The notes beneath the pieces were generated by a model. It was not told the DNA's origin, did not search any database, and was given only the letters and a program-made list of their open reading frames with translations. From Saprolegnia diclina VS20 (lineage: Eukaryota), in NCBI RefSeq assembly GCF_000281045.1, contig NW_008246092.1:208853-272852 (forward strand): a stretch of DNA of 64,000 nt. The letters are read 5' to 3'. The position numbers were made by a program, and so were the translations under genes. Positions 1 through 11,143 of the stretch are shown in pieces (positions within the stretch are counted from its first letter, which is position 1; the number at the start of each line of letters is the position of its first letter).

Positions 1-260
1 ATCCAAGCTTGAAGCGACGTCGCTCGCAGACGTATACAAGGTCGCTCTGCTCCTCTAGGAAGCTTCTAGAACGACCAGCACTGCCACGTTTCCACAAACG
101 CTCCGACAGCCAGAATGATCGACGCAGAGTCGGGAGCCAGGATACTGCAGGCACGGGTCGCGGTCAAATGGAGCAGCGTCGTTTGTTCGAATAGTTCTAG
201 TGCACTGCACACCAATTTCATTCTCCTCACAGCCCCATTCATGTGCAGGAAACCGCGCTT

Positions 261-310
261 AGATAGATTGATAGATAGATTGATAGAGGGATCCATAGAT
301 ATAGATAGAC
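261..310 (+). repeat. Imperfect (GATA)n microsatellite
   Basis: agatagattgatagatagattgatagagggatccatagatatagatagac, downstream of ADH copy 1. Confidence 0.7.
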
Positions 311-361
311 ACAACATATATTTGCGTGCGTTAGCATTGCAATTTGATCCCGCAAAACCCG

Positions 362-1414
362 CTAGTTTTGGAGGACGATGCGGAAGCGGACATCGCCTGC
401 ACGGACCTTCTTCAAGGCAGCCGACGCTTCGGCCATGGGCATCACCTGCACGATCGAGCGCACGTTCTTCTCGACGGCAAACTGCAGCATCTCTTCGATC
501 GTCTCGGGCGACCCGATGAGCGACCCGACAAACGTGATCTGACGCGGCACGACCGAGAACGCCATGAACGAAATCGGCTTCTCCGGGAGACCCACGAGGA
601 TAAACTTGCCTTCCGTCGCCACGAGGTTGAAGAGGAAGTTCCAGTCCGTCTTGTCACCGTACGACGTGCACAGCAAAATGTCAAACGACTGCGCCGCCGC
701 CTTGACGGCCTCCGGGTCGCTGTAGTTGAGGTAGTGGTGCGCGCCGAGCACGTTCTTGCACTCGGCTTCCTTGGCCGCCGACGACGAGAGCGCCGTGACC
801 TCGGCACCGAGTGCGACAGCCCACTGAATACCGAGGTGACCGAGACCGCCGATACCGAGAACCGCAACCTTCTTGCCAGGACCCGCGCCGTGGGCCTTGA
901 GCGGCGAGTACGTCGTGACACCCGCGCACATCATGGGCGCCGCCGACTCGGACGGGAGGCCAGCCGGGATCGGAAACACAAACTTGGCGTGGCACCGGTA
1001 GTAGTCGGCGTACCCGCCCTGGGTCACGTACCCCGCCTTGTTGGTACTGCCGTACGTCCAGAGCATTTCGGGACAGAGCTGCTCCTTGTTCTTGTCGCAC
1101 TGCGCGCAGTTGAGGCAGCTCTCGCACTGGGCGCCGACCCCGACACGCATGCCAATGGCAAACTTGGTCTTGTCGACCTTGGAGCCGATGCGGACGACGT
1201 GGCCGACGATCTCGTGGCCGACGACGAGCGGGTAGTCGATTTCACCCCAGCCGCCCGAGATCGTGTGCAGGTCCGAGCCGCAGATGCCGCAGTGGGTCAC
1301 CTTGACTTCAATGTCGTACTCTTCGTCGAACGGCTTGGCCGCATACGAATGCGGCTTGACGTCGAGGCCGGGCTCATGCGCGGCTTGACCGCGGTAGATG
1401 TCGTTGGAGGCCAT
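362..1414 (-). CDS. Zn-dependent medium-chain alcohol dehydrogenase (CAD/ADH6-like), copy 1, intronless, 350 aa
   Basis: CGICGSDLH, GHEIVG, structural Zn motif CxxCxxC..C, GIGGLG Rossmann motif. Start placed at 1414 (MASNDIY) by comparison with copy 2. Confidence 0.95.
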   Translation of the reverse strand: MASNDIYRGQAAHEPGLDVKPHSYAAKPFDEEYDIEVKVTHCGICGSDLHTISGGWGEIDYPLVVGHEIVGHVVRIGSKVDKTKFAIGMRVGVGAQCESCLNCAQCDKNKEQLCPEMLWTYGSTNKAGYVTQGGYADYYRCHAKFVFPIPAGLPSESAAPMMCAGVTTYSPLKAHGAGPGKKVAVLGIGGLGHLGIQWAVALGAEVTALSSSAAKEAECKNVLGAHHYLNYSDPEAVKAAAQSFDILLCTSYGDKTDWNFLFNLVATEGKFILVGLPEKPISFMAFSVVPRQITFVGSLIGSPETIEEMLQFAVEKNVRSIVQVMPMAEASAALKKVRAGDVRFRIVLQN

Positions 1415-2574
1415 TGTGGGTGCTGCTGACGAAGTTCGAATATGACGGGAAAGGGACTTACTTGTTGAAGCCTTGCTGAGTTCTTGAAGCGGCGATTGGT
1501 CCAACGGTGAGTACAACGCCGCGGCGGACGAATCACGACCGCGCGCGAGATAGGCGATCGAGAAACGCATCACGTCGTTGGCAGCGTATCTTGGCGCCGA
1601 GCAGCCACTCAAGTCGGCTGCAATGCATTTACGTGTACATGCACCCACGTGCTCGCCTTGGGTGGCAAGAATGGTGTCTTTCTAATCTTCGAGACGGAAT
1701 GGACACCGACCGTCCGACACTGCGCTGAGGTCCGACTTGGGTGTGCGAGGGAAGGGGAAACTTGCGATTTCAGGAGGTAGAGATGGAGCGTGCGGCGATC
1801 TTGAATACAAGTTGGGGCGTTGCAGGGTCAATGGGCGTGAAGGGACGAGGTGAAACGTCGTACCTTGCATGCAGCGGCTCCGTTGAGGTTGTCTCCGTGG
1901 GTGGGTGCGCGTGGCGTTCGCGTTGGCTGCACAAAGTCCGGTATTCTTGCTGCTCGGAATTATTGAGGCGTGGATGACGTGCACGCTGTGAGAGCCGCTC
2001 GTTTCACTTCGTTCAAAAGGAGCGTACTGTACGCGACAATCCCTTCTCACTTGGCAAAGCGCAGGCGGGCTTTCTCTGTCGACAGAAAATGTACAAAGTT
2101 GTTCGTAAAGCTCGCGTCTACTAGTAGCATCATTAGCCAACGTGCGCAATAAGACGGCGTTTCTTACTCCGACACGGTCCGCCTCGGAGCACGACGACCG
2201 CGGCCACCAATTCGTTGCCATCGTATCAAGGCTGGAAAACATGTGATTCGGATCTGAAGCCGCTGTGGTTCGCGAGCCTCGAGCCTCGGTCCAACTGGGT
2301 CCAACTCATTTGGGTCCACCCCAAAATATATAAAACAATTGTTTAAAACACTGTTTTCTTCCCTTGGTCCACCAGTACGCGGTGTTTCTCGCATATTCCG
2401 AGGATCTTTCCTTCGTTAATCAGGCGCATGGACTCATCAGCACTCGTACTAATCATGTATCGCAGTTATAATCGCAGACGTACGTACACGCAAGCCTCCA
2501 TCATGGCCCGCCATCTTGCGCTGAAGACGCTTCCTGAATTCGAGACCACGGTTTCTTCGTGCCCGCCATCCTTT

Positions 2575-2588
2575 TCATTTTCAAATTA
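2575..2588 (+). promoter_or_regulatory. Putative oomycete Inr/FPR core promoter element
   Basis: TCATTTTCAAATTA is a near match to TCATTYBNNNWTTY and ends 23 nt before the ADH copy 2 ATG. Confidence 0.5.
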
Positions 2589-2611
2589 GCTCTCCAGCAA
2601 CAACAACAACT

Positions 2612-3664
2612 ATGGCCTCCAACGACATCTACCACGGTCAAGCCGCGCACGAGCCCGGCCTCGACGTCAAGCCGCATTCGTATGCGGCCAAGCCGTTCGA
2701 CGAAGAGTACGACATTGAAGTCAAGGTGACCCACTGCGGCATCTGCGGCTCGGACCTGCACACAATCTCGGGCGGCTGGGGCGAAATCAACTACCCGCTC
2801 GTCGTCGGCCATGAGATCGTCGGCCACGTCGTCCGCATCGGCTCCAAGGTCGACAAGACCAAGTTTGCCATTGGCACGCGCGTCGGCGTCGGCGCCCAGT
2901 GCGAGAGCTGCCTCAACTGCGCGCAGTGCGACAAGAACAAGGAGCAGCTCTGCCCCGAAATGCTCTGGACGTACGGCAGTACCAACAAGGCGGGGTACGT
3001 GACCCAGGGCGGGTACGCCGACTACTACCGGTGCCACGCCAAGTTTGTGTTTCCGATCCCGGCTGGCCTCCCGTCCGAGTCGGCGGCGCCCATGATGTGC
3101 GCGGGTGTCACGACGTACTCGCCGCTCAAGGCCCACGGCGCGGGTCCTGGCAAGAAGGTCGCGGTTCTCGGTATCGGCGGTCTCGGCCACCTCGGTATTC
3201 AGTGGGCCGTCGCACTCGGTGCCGAGGTCACGGCGCTCTCGTCGTCGGCGGCCAAGGAAGCCGAGTGCAAGAACGTGCTCGGCGCGCACCACTACCTCAA
3301 CTACAGCGACCCGGAGGCCGTCAAGGCGGCGGCGCAGTCGTTTGACATTTTGCTGTGCACGTCGTACGGCGACAAGACGAACTGGAACTTCCTCTTCAAC
3401 CTCGTGGCGACGGAAGGCAAGTTTATCCTCGTGGGTCTCCCGGAGAAGCCGATTTCGTTCATGGCGTTCTCGGTCGTGCCGCGTCAGATCACGTTTGTCG
3501 GGTCGCTCATCGGGTCGCCCGAGACGATCGAAGAGATGCTGCAGTTTGCCGTCGAGAAGAACGTGCGCTCGATCGTGCAGGTGATGCCCATGGCCGAGGC
3601 CGCCACGGCGCTCCACAAGGTGCACAATGGTGACGCGCGTTTCCGCATCGTGCTTGAAAACTAA
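2612..3664 (+). CDS. Zn-dependent medium-chain alcohol dehydrogenase (CAD/ADH6-like), copy 2, intronless, 350 aa
   Basis: Same motifs as copy 1; near-identical inverted duplicate. Confidence 0.95.
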   Translation: MASNDIYHGQAAHEPGLDVKPHSYAAKPFDEEYDIEVKVTHCGICGSDLHTISGGWGEINYPLVVGHEIVGHVVRIGSKVDKTKFAIGTRVGVGAQCESCLNCAQCDKNKEQLCPEMLWTYGSTNKAGYVTQGGYADYYRCHAKFVFPIPAGLPSESAAPMMCAGVTTYSPLKAHGAGPGKKVAVLGIGGLGHLGIQWAVALGAEVTALSSSAAKEAECKNVLGAHHYLNYSDPEAVKAAAQSFDILLCTSYGDKTNWNFLFNLVATEGKFILVGLPEKPISFMAFSVVPRQITFVGSLIGSPETIEEMLQFAVEKNVRSIVQVMPMAEAATALHKVHNGDARFRIVLEN

Positions 3665-4268
3665 GCGCAGCTAATGCACGCATGTATTACTATCATCTAT
3701 TGCTCTTGATCCTCGTCTGGGAGCAGCGATAGGGAGTAACACGAGTGGGTGTCGAGTCGCGTGCGAAAGCGTTCAGAAAATGGCGTCATAGCTGCTTCAT
3801 GCAAACGCCCACGAGCCTATGATCTTGCCACGTCATTCTCAACGTGCTCAATTAGTGGCAAGAGCCGGGCATACGTGGATCCTTCATTTTCTCCGGCAAT
3901 GAGCTCGAGCCTTGGGCTGCGTGTTGCCATTCGCCACAAGAAATATATCTACCTTGCATGACAGCCTCGCTCAGGAATATGCAACGTGCTTGTCAGCACG
4001 CTTGCGACTTCAGTTACGTCTCCAACGTCGTTCGAGTTTATGGCACAGCGCGTGCTTTGCACACATCAAACCTCCCAACTCTAGGTACGCCAGGCGGCAA
4101 ACGAACTCGCTGTTTACAAACCATGGCGTATCCATGGAAATCTCGTCGAGCCATGTAATAGTAGAGCTGTACAGTACAAGTGCAAGCCTGGCTCGTCGCG
4201 TGATCCCAAACAATCGAGCTGGTAAAGCTAAGCACTGCAGCTCACGCACGGTACTCCTTTGCAGCTTT

Positions 4269-4339
4269 GCATAGGAGCATAGGAGCATAGGAGCATAGGA
4301 GCATAGGAGCATAGGAGCATAGGAGCATAGGAGCATAGG
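4269..4339 (+). repeat. Perfect 8-bp tandem repeat (GCATAGGA), about 9 copies
   Basis: Directly visible; explains the repetitive MLLCSYAP ORFs. Confidence 0.95.
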
Positions 4340-4531
4340 TTGGCGCCGAATTCTGGTTTGATAGTGCTGCGGATGTCAAGCGCGCGCCTGCAAGGCGAGG
4401 CGTGCGCAATGCATTTCAGCGCGCAGCGCGGGTGAATCCGCCGAATTCCGGATAAGATAAGGTGTATCCGGTATTCCGTTTGCGAAGCGCTGCATTCTGC
4501 GATCTGCCACGGGAAAGGGAAGCGACGAACG

Positions 4532-4971
4532 ATGCTGGCCGCGGGAGAGATCTGCCAAATCGAAGAGATCCTGCGGGACAACATGAGCAACCGCTCCGTG
4601 CGGGTGACGGGAAGGTAGCGTCCATGAGGCTGCTCGAGGAAGAGGTGTGACGATGGAGGTAGACTCGATGCATTTGACGCAGCCACCGCGACCGCGTCCA
4701 TCTCGTTCCAGAGCGCCGCCATGAAGGTCGCGACGGACCAGCTCGTCAACGTCGACCTTACGATCGGGTCGCTGTATCAGTTCATCGGCGAGACGTACCT
4801 CCACAACGTACGCGATGTGCATTGACAGTACAGGCTGCTCATGGAAGCGTGTAGGGCGAACTGCGACTCCGAGCACGGGTCGGCCGCAACGTGGACGGCA
4901 TCGACGTGCAGATGTTTCTCGATGCGTTGAAGCTCCGACGCGAGTTCCTCAAGACGACGATGGCCGCGTAA
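4532..4971 (+). CDS. TEN1: CST complex subunit TEN1 (3 exons: 4532-4614, 4663-4807, 4855-4971)
   Basis: Spliced product MLAAGEICQIEEILRDNMSNRSVRVTGRLDAFD...IGSLYQFIGE...RARVGRNVDGIDVQMFLDALKLRREFL matches plant/animal TEN1 hallmarks (SLRVT, GSxYQFIGE, ARxGRNVDGID). GT-AG introns keep frame. Missed by the ORF track. Confidence 0.9.
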
Positions 4972-5036
4972 CATGATACGTCCAAGACGACGTCCTCCTC
5001 CTTATCATAACGAATGCATATAGTGGTGCTTTATCT

Positions 5037-5800
5037 TTATAGCAAGTCGTCTTCGTCCATGTCGTCGACGGGAGCAGCAGTCTCATCCTTGAAGTCGTCA
5101 AACAGCGATGCGTCGCCGACCTTGGGCTTGCATGGCTCCGTTGTGGGTACGACCGTCGGCAGTGGTGCCGAAAGGACGGTCGCTGCCGGCGCTACCGGTA
5201 CCTCCGGCGTCTCGGGATCCCAAAAGTGCAGCGCCGAGCGCCATACACGCACGCGCCCATCCCACATGCGCTTGCTAATCGCTTGCGTCTTGTCCGGCGT
5301 CGACGGGTGCAAGCCTTGCTTGCGCTCGCTCCTAGCACACGAGCGGCATGGGTACACGCGGAAGACGATCGACCGGCGTAATGCACGCAGTACCTTGGGA
5401 CTAATTGGGTGTACCGATCGTACCCGATCGTGTTCTTCCCAAAGTCGATCTGCTTCTGGCGCTGCGCGAGCTTGTGCGGGTCCGTCTCGCGCTGAAACAT
5501 TTGATTCTTCTCCAAGCGCGGCGCAGCATCACGCGGCGCGGGCGGCGTCGAGGCCGATGCAGCTGGACGCGCCTCCACGGGCGTACTGCGCTCGGCCTCA
5601 GTCTGGCGCGATGCGGGTGGCGGGCTTGGTCGACGTGGCGGGCTTGATCTCCGTGGCGGGCTCTGCAGCCGGTTCCGTGTCGGGCTGCGGGACCGTCTAC
5701 GTGGCGGGCTACGCGATCGCCTCCGCTGCGGGCTCCGAGACCGCGTCCGGCGGCGCTTGTCGCGCTCGGCGCTGCGCCGGTCGTCGCCACGGCGCTTCAT
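5037..5800 (-). CDS. SLBP: Histone RNA stem-loop-binding protein, RS-rich N-terminus (intron about 5332-5393)
   Basis: RNA-binding domain [26 protein letters not shown]...PSTPDK...[21 protein letters not shown]. Confidence 0.92.
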
Positions 5801-6015
5801 CTCTCAAAATGGAGGGAAAAGGCTCCATCGTACAGAAATAGTGTGCTATGTTCCGCAGGCGCCCTGGCGAAGCAATCTTGAAGTACGCGGAATGGTGTAT
5901 GAATTATATCTCGCTATTTGTAGAAGGAATACACTAAAAAGAGGTAGTCCAGACCACACCAATCGTGCTTGCTGGAACTGCAGCAGGTATTGAGCGTCAA
6001 GCAGTTGAGAGCAGC

Positions 6016-7348
6016 ATGAGCGCGTACGAAGACGAGCGCGCTGCGCGCATCGCGCGGAACAAGCAGATGCTACTTTCGCTGGGCATCGACAAGAAGATCA
6101 TCTCGCCCAAGAAGCGTGCGTGGGCACGTCAGAAGCCAACTGGCCCGCCCCGCCGGTCGAGCCGCGTCGAGGTGGCCGAGAAAGCCAAGGCCCACGCCGT
6201 GCTCCAAGATCGCTACGAAGCTGCGCTGCTCGCAAAGGAATCGATGTCGGAGCATTCGCGCCGGTACCGAGCCGCAGAGCGCTACGTCGAGGAGCTCAAG
6301 CACGAGGTGCGTCTTGCCGTTGTATGCAACAACAACACCAGGCTAGCAACACATTGTAGCTGGCCACCTTTGACACTAGCTATACGCGCTCCACGTCGCC
6401 GCCACCGGCCAAGAAGGCCAAGGCCAATACGACTGTCATTTCCGACTCGAGCGACGATGACGAGAGTGCGATCTCAATCAGCGACAACAGCGACCACAAC
6501 CAGAGCGACGACGAGAGTGAGGTCGAGGTGTATGTTCCGACCAAGCGCCGGAAGCTGCCGCCTGTAAACTACTAGCACGTAACTCGTAACACGCTCAAGG
6601 CGTGCATGGTCTAGGCCGACGACGTGCTCCAGAACGTGCCCGTGCTAGACATGATCATCCCGAGCAAGGGCCAGACCAAGTCGGTAAAGGAAGTGGCGCT
6701 GACGCTTCCGGACGACAAGCATGTGGGGTGCGCGCTCGCACCGCGCGGGAAGAAGCCGCTGCTCGCGTGGCTCTGTCCTGGGTACACGCCCACGTTCTCG
6801 CTCATGGACGGCCATCAAGTGCTGCTGAACGGCATGGTGCTCTTTATGAACGTCGACATGGACGATCGGTACGCAGCCCCATGGATGCTATGTGTTTGGC
6901 ACTACTGTGGTATGGCATTTAGCTACGTCAACATCTTTGCCAAGAACGAGACGACCAACGCCATTACGGTCACGTGGTTCGCGCGGGTACGTTGTGGTCT
7001 CGTGTTGGTCCATATATGGCAGCGGACGACCCTATGCGCTAGAAATCGATCCATACGAACCACGTCGTCGCCCAGCAGCTCATCCACGGCGTCCAAGCCG
7101 ACGCCACGAGCGAGCTCCAGACGCACACCAAACCGACCCTTCTCTTCTTTCGCTTCCACCCCGAGGTACGAGGATTCTTGGCTGAGACCAATCAAGACAG
7201 ATTGATGTGGCTGTAGGGCTCGTACATATACGCCGGGCGGCTCGCCTACGTCGGTCACAAGGGCGACGCCCCGATCCAGTTTGAGTTTGAGCTTCAGGAT
7301 GCTGCGCACCTCTGCGACGACCTCGTCAAGCTTATGCTTGGCTCCTAG
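6016..7348 (+). CDS. Hypothetical nuclear protein, 6 exons; C-terminal DUF3427/SRA-like domain (tentative)
   Basis: GT-AG introns give a continuous frame. N-terminal YEDERAARIARNKQMLLSLGI, acidic linker, basic KRRK, C-terminal LFMNVD..YVNIF..TWFAR..LLFFR..SYIYAGRL..PIQFEFEL. Confidence 0.75.
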
Positions 7349-7482
7349 CTGTTTCTTTTGTCGCTGAACTCAATTGAATGCACGTGTATGTACTTGGTTC
7401 AGCACGATAGGCGCTGGTTGGGTCGAAGACGTGTATCAAAAGTGGTTGAGGAGCCTTGGCCCAAAGTGCTAGCACAATACGT

Positions 7483-7919
7483 TTATCGCGAGGCTTGGGC
7501 GGCAGCGGCGCCGGCGCCCTCGGCCGCGTTCTTCTGCATCTGCATCTGGATCGCGGCAATGTTCTGGCGGATCTTGACGGCTTCGTCTTCCTTGGCCTGG
7601 AGCTTCTTCTCGACCTTCTCCATCTCGTTCTGGATGAACTCAAGGCGCTTCGCGACGTTGGACTTGGCCTCCGACGTGTCCTGCTTGAGCAAGACAGGGC
7701 CCACGAGCTTGAAGACCTTGGCGTTGTCCGCGAGCAGGTCCAGCTCCTGCTTGACCATGCTGTTCTCGTTCTGCTGCTGCGCGTAGAGCTGGCGCTGGTT
7801 GGCCAGCACCGTCACCTAGCCACAGTAACTATGAGATGGCGCGAACAGCGGCAACGGACCTCTTCCTGGAGCGCGCGGTAGGCCGCCATCTCCGCATCCG
7901 CTCGTTGTGCCAACGCCAT
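7483..7919 (-). CDS. PFDN6: Prefoldin subunit 6 (beta-type); intron 7816-7859
   Basis: QQQNENSMVKQELDLL..VFKLVGPVLLKQDTSEAKSNVAKRLEFI. Confidence 0.92.
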
Positions 7920-8318
7920 TCTTTTCGCTTGTTGCCAGCAACGCAGCGGAATATTATTTCACATGTTATTTATTGTGAAATATTTAAATATCCATACAAA
8001 TGCCAAGTGCAACGGCATGCCATGTCATAAAAAAGCCATGACAATGTACTTGGACAAGGGAATTCGTCTTGTAAATAGTATGACGAAATAAATAGTGTAA
8101 AGTGAGCTGTGGCGTCCTGTCGAGCAAAGACGCTTGTCGCGCAATGTGCGTGCAGTTGATGCATATCTTTAGGTGGTTGCTTGGCGTGTCCGTTGCGAGC
8201 GACGAGTTTTAATCTGTGGACGAGCAGCACCGCGCACCACCAGACAAAGTACCGATATAGTGTGAGAGACACATCATCCGGATGTTAACCGGCATCTGAC
8301 GCGTAGCAGCAAGATTTT

Positions 8319-10932
8319 ATGACCGCAACCGAGGTGACGACGGTGGGGCCGCCGAAGCGGCGCCTGCTCGAGCACCTGTACTACCATGGCCGCGTGCAGG
8401 CGAAGGCGCTAAGCGTGGCCTGGATCGGCCTTCTCTTGGGCGCGACCTGGCTGCTCTTGCACCCGATCGCAACCGTCACGACCGGCGAGCTCAAGTGTCG
8501 CCAGACGTACTTCTCGGAGAACGCGCTCCTCGTGGACACGGTGACATCGACCATGGATGACACACAGGTAGCTTGAGCCGAATGGCTTTTGGCTCACGGT
8601 CGCCACTGGATGCAGGCGGCGTGGGCGAAAGCATATCATCGCGAGTACATCAAGCTCGACGCGGCCGGTGACAATGGTTGCGCGCACGACAACTCGTGCG
8701 CCCACGTCATCACGTGGATCGAAGCGCAGCTGCAGGCGATGCCAGGCGTCGAGTTCGACCGGCAAACGTACGCCGAGCAGCTCTACGACCACGACGAGTA
8801 TGTGAACCGGACCAACCTCTTTGCGATCCTCCGCGCATCGCCGCTCGCCGACGGGAAAGAGTCGATCGTGTGCGTTCTCCATTTCGATTCAACGACATGC
8901 ACACTCATGGGTATACAGGCTCGTGGCGCAGTACCCCAACATTCCGTCCACGAGCAAGAATGGGTACTCGGCGCTCAGCGTCGGCCTCGCCATGCTGCGC
9001 CACCTTGGCAGCGCCAAGTGGCTTGCCAAGGACATCATTCTGCTCCTTACCGACGGTGATCTGATGCGTTTTGCCGTCGTTTTGACGCGGTATACTAGAC
9101 GGCCCGGACGACGGTCGCCACGGCCACTCGCCCGCCGTCGAAGCCTGGCTCAACGCCTATCACAACGATCCATTTGCAAGCTCAAACGCCGCGCTGGACA
9201 TGCACGCCGGCGTCATCCGCGCCGCCATCAACCTCGAGACGAGCGGTGACGCGCATCGACACAACACGGTGCGTCTTTCGTTCTCTCGCCGCTCGTCACG
9301 GATGCATCTGTCGTCGTAGGTGGCGGTTCTTGGCGCCGGCGTGAACGGCCAGCTGCCCAACTTGGATTTGATCAACTCGGCGGTCGAAGCCCTCGAAAGC
9401 GAGCGCATTCCAGTGGCCATGGACCGGTACGCGTGCTTGCTCTAACAGCATGTGATGATCGTTGGTCTAGCTGTGCGGATGCGCGCTTGGACTGCGATGG
9501 TGACGCGCTGTCGTCGATGCTCCGGGCCGTGCGCCGCTTTGTCGTGCTGCAGGTTGGCGCGTCGCCGGCCCTCTCGTCGTACTTTGACGGGCTCTACCAC
9601 TTGCTTCGGTTCATTCAGACGCTCGCGATGGGGCCGTCGGGACCGCACGCCAACTTTATCCGGTACAACATTGACGCGATCACGCTCGCCGCGGTGCAGG
9701 CGGCGGATGCGACGACGCCGCTCTCGCTCCTTGGCTGGCTCCGGGCGATCGAGACGACCGTCCGTGCCATGAGCAACGTTGAAGAAAAGCTGCACCAGTC
9801 GTTCTACTACTACCTTCTCGTGAGCCCGCGCCTCTTTGTGTCGATCGGCGAGTACTACTACGTTCTCGTCCTTGTGCTCTTGCCGCTCTTTGCCCACGTT
9901 TTGTACCTCATCGGCCACACGGTTCGAACTATTTTGCATTTTTGAACGAGTTCTACGACTAACTACTAGGCGGGACTGCGCACCGCGTTCGCACTTGCCC
10001 TCTTTCTTGTGGCCGAGGCCTTGGGCGCCATGGTCTTTCTATTGGCGACGCATCTCGAATGCCTCGACGGCGTCCTTGCCCAGAGCCAAGCGACGACGAC
10101 GATGAGCCGGACGTATGGCTGGACCCTTCTCGCGGCTGCCTCGGGCGTCGAGCTGCTCCTAGTCTTTGGCGTGCTCCCGCTTCTACAGCGCCACGCGCTC
10201 ACGCAGGGCAACCCGGACGAAGCCGACTGGCTCGAGAAGATCGACGACCAACGCCGTGCGTACAAGGCCACGCTACCTGTCGACCCGGACGCGGATGGAG
10301 ACGCGGACGAGGTGCATTGCTTCTACATGTTCCTGTGGCATGAATTCGGTTCATTTTGCGTAGCCGCCGTTGGACGACTTGGCGCACGACGTGCACGGCT
10401 GGAAAGCGCTCAAAGTCCTTGCGTGCATCGTTGCCATGTACTCTGTTTTTGTTTGAGAAGGCAACCTCATGGAATATCTATCGGTAGCCTCTTGCACTGT
10501 GTGGTGGGCATCATTAACTACGCCTTTGCCATCGCCGTGGTTGTGCCCATGACCGTCTTGCTGGCGTCGGCGGTGCCCGCCGCAGCGCCGCAGTCGGGTG
10601 TTGGCCGCGTCCTCCGCGCGACGCTCTTCTTCCTCTCGAGGTACACGGTATGCATGCATGCTTTTCTTTGACGCAATGGGCTAGTCCTCTCTTGCTCGCA
10701 CTCGTGCTGCATTCGTTCCAGCCGCAGCGTACGTCCTCCTGATATCTGGATCTGGATCTGGGTCTGGAACTGGTTTCTAGTGCTGGACACGATGGCGTAC
10801 TTTGTGCATGGCTACGTGCACTACGGGTCGATTGCGCTGCCGTACGCGTGCGTGGTCTACTTGCCGCTCCATGCGCTGGCGCTCTCCATTGTGGCCATGT
10901 CACCGAGTCCGATCAAATCCAAACGTGACTAG
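8319..10932 (+). CDS. GAA1: GPI transamidase subunit GAA1, multi-exon
   Basis: TYFSENALL, RASPLADGKESIV, KWLAKDIILL, GVNGQLPNLDLIN, EKLHQSFYYYLL and C-terminal TM helices. Confidence 0.9.
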
Positions 10933-11083
10933 ATTTCCGAAAATTGGTGGTACACGTAGAAAAACACGAGATCTTTCGGAAGGCGTGTCCGCTGGAAGAT
11001 CGAGAATATACATGCATGAACTACTGCAACGCATCGACTTTCAATGTTCACTTTGGTCAAGTCTCGCATCGCATATCAATAGT

Positions 11084-11143
11084 CTTTTACCTTTTCTTAC
11101 CTTTTTTACCCTTTTTACCATTTTTTACCCTTTTTACCCTTTT
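11084..11143 (+). repeat. Degenerate (TTTTTACCC)-like pyrimidine-rich tandem repeat
   Basis: About 6 imperfect units: cttttaccttttcttaccttttttaccctttttaccattttttaccctttttacccttttc. Confidence 0.75.

Noticed and set aside
344..3625. Long antisense and alternate-frame ORFs over the ADH genes (likewise over dynein, the carrier and the kinase)
   Set aside because: Shadow ORFs expected from strong GC3 codon bias; no recognisable motifs.
11084..11143. TTTTTACCC repeat as an interstitial telomere
   Set aside because: Neither strand reads TTTAGGG/CCCTAAA; it is a degenerate simple repeat.
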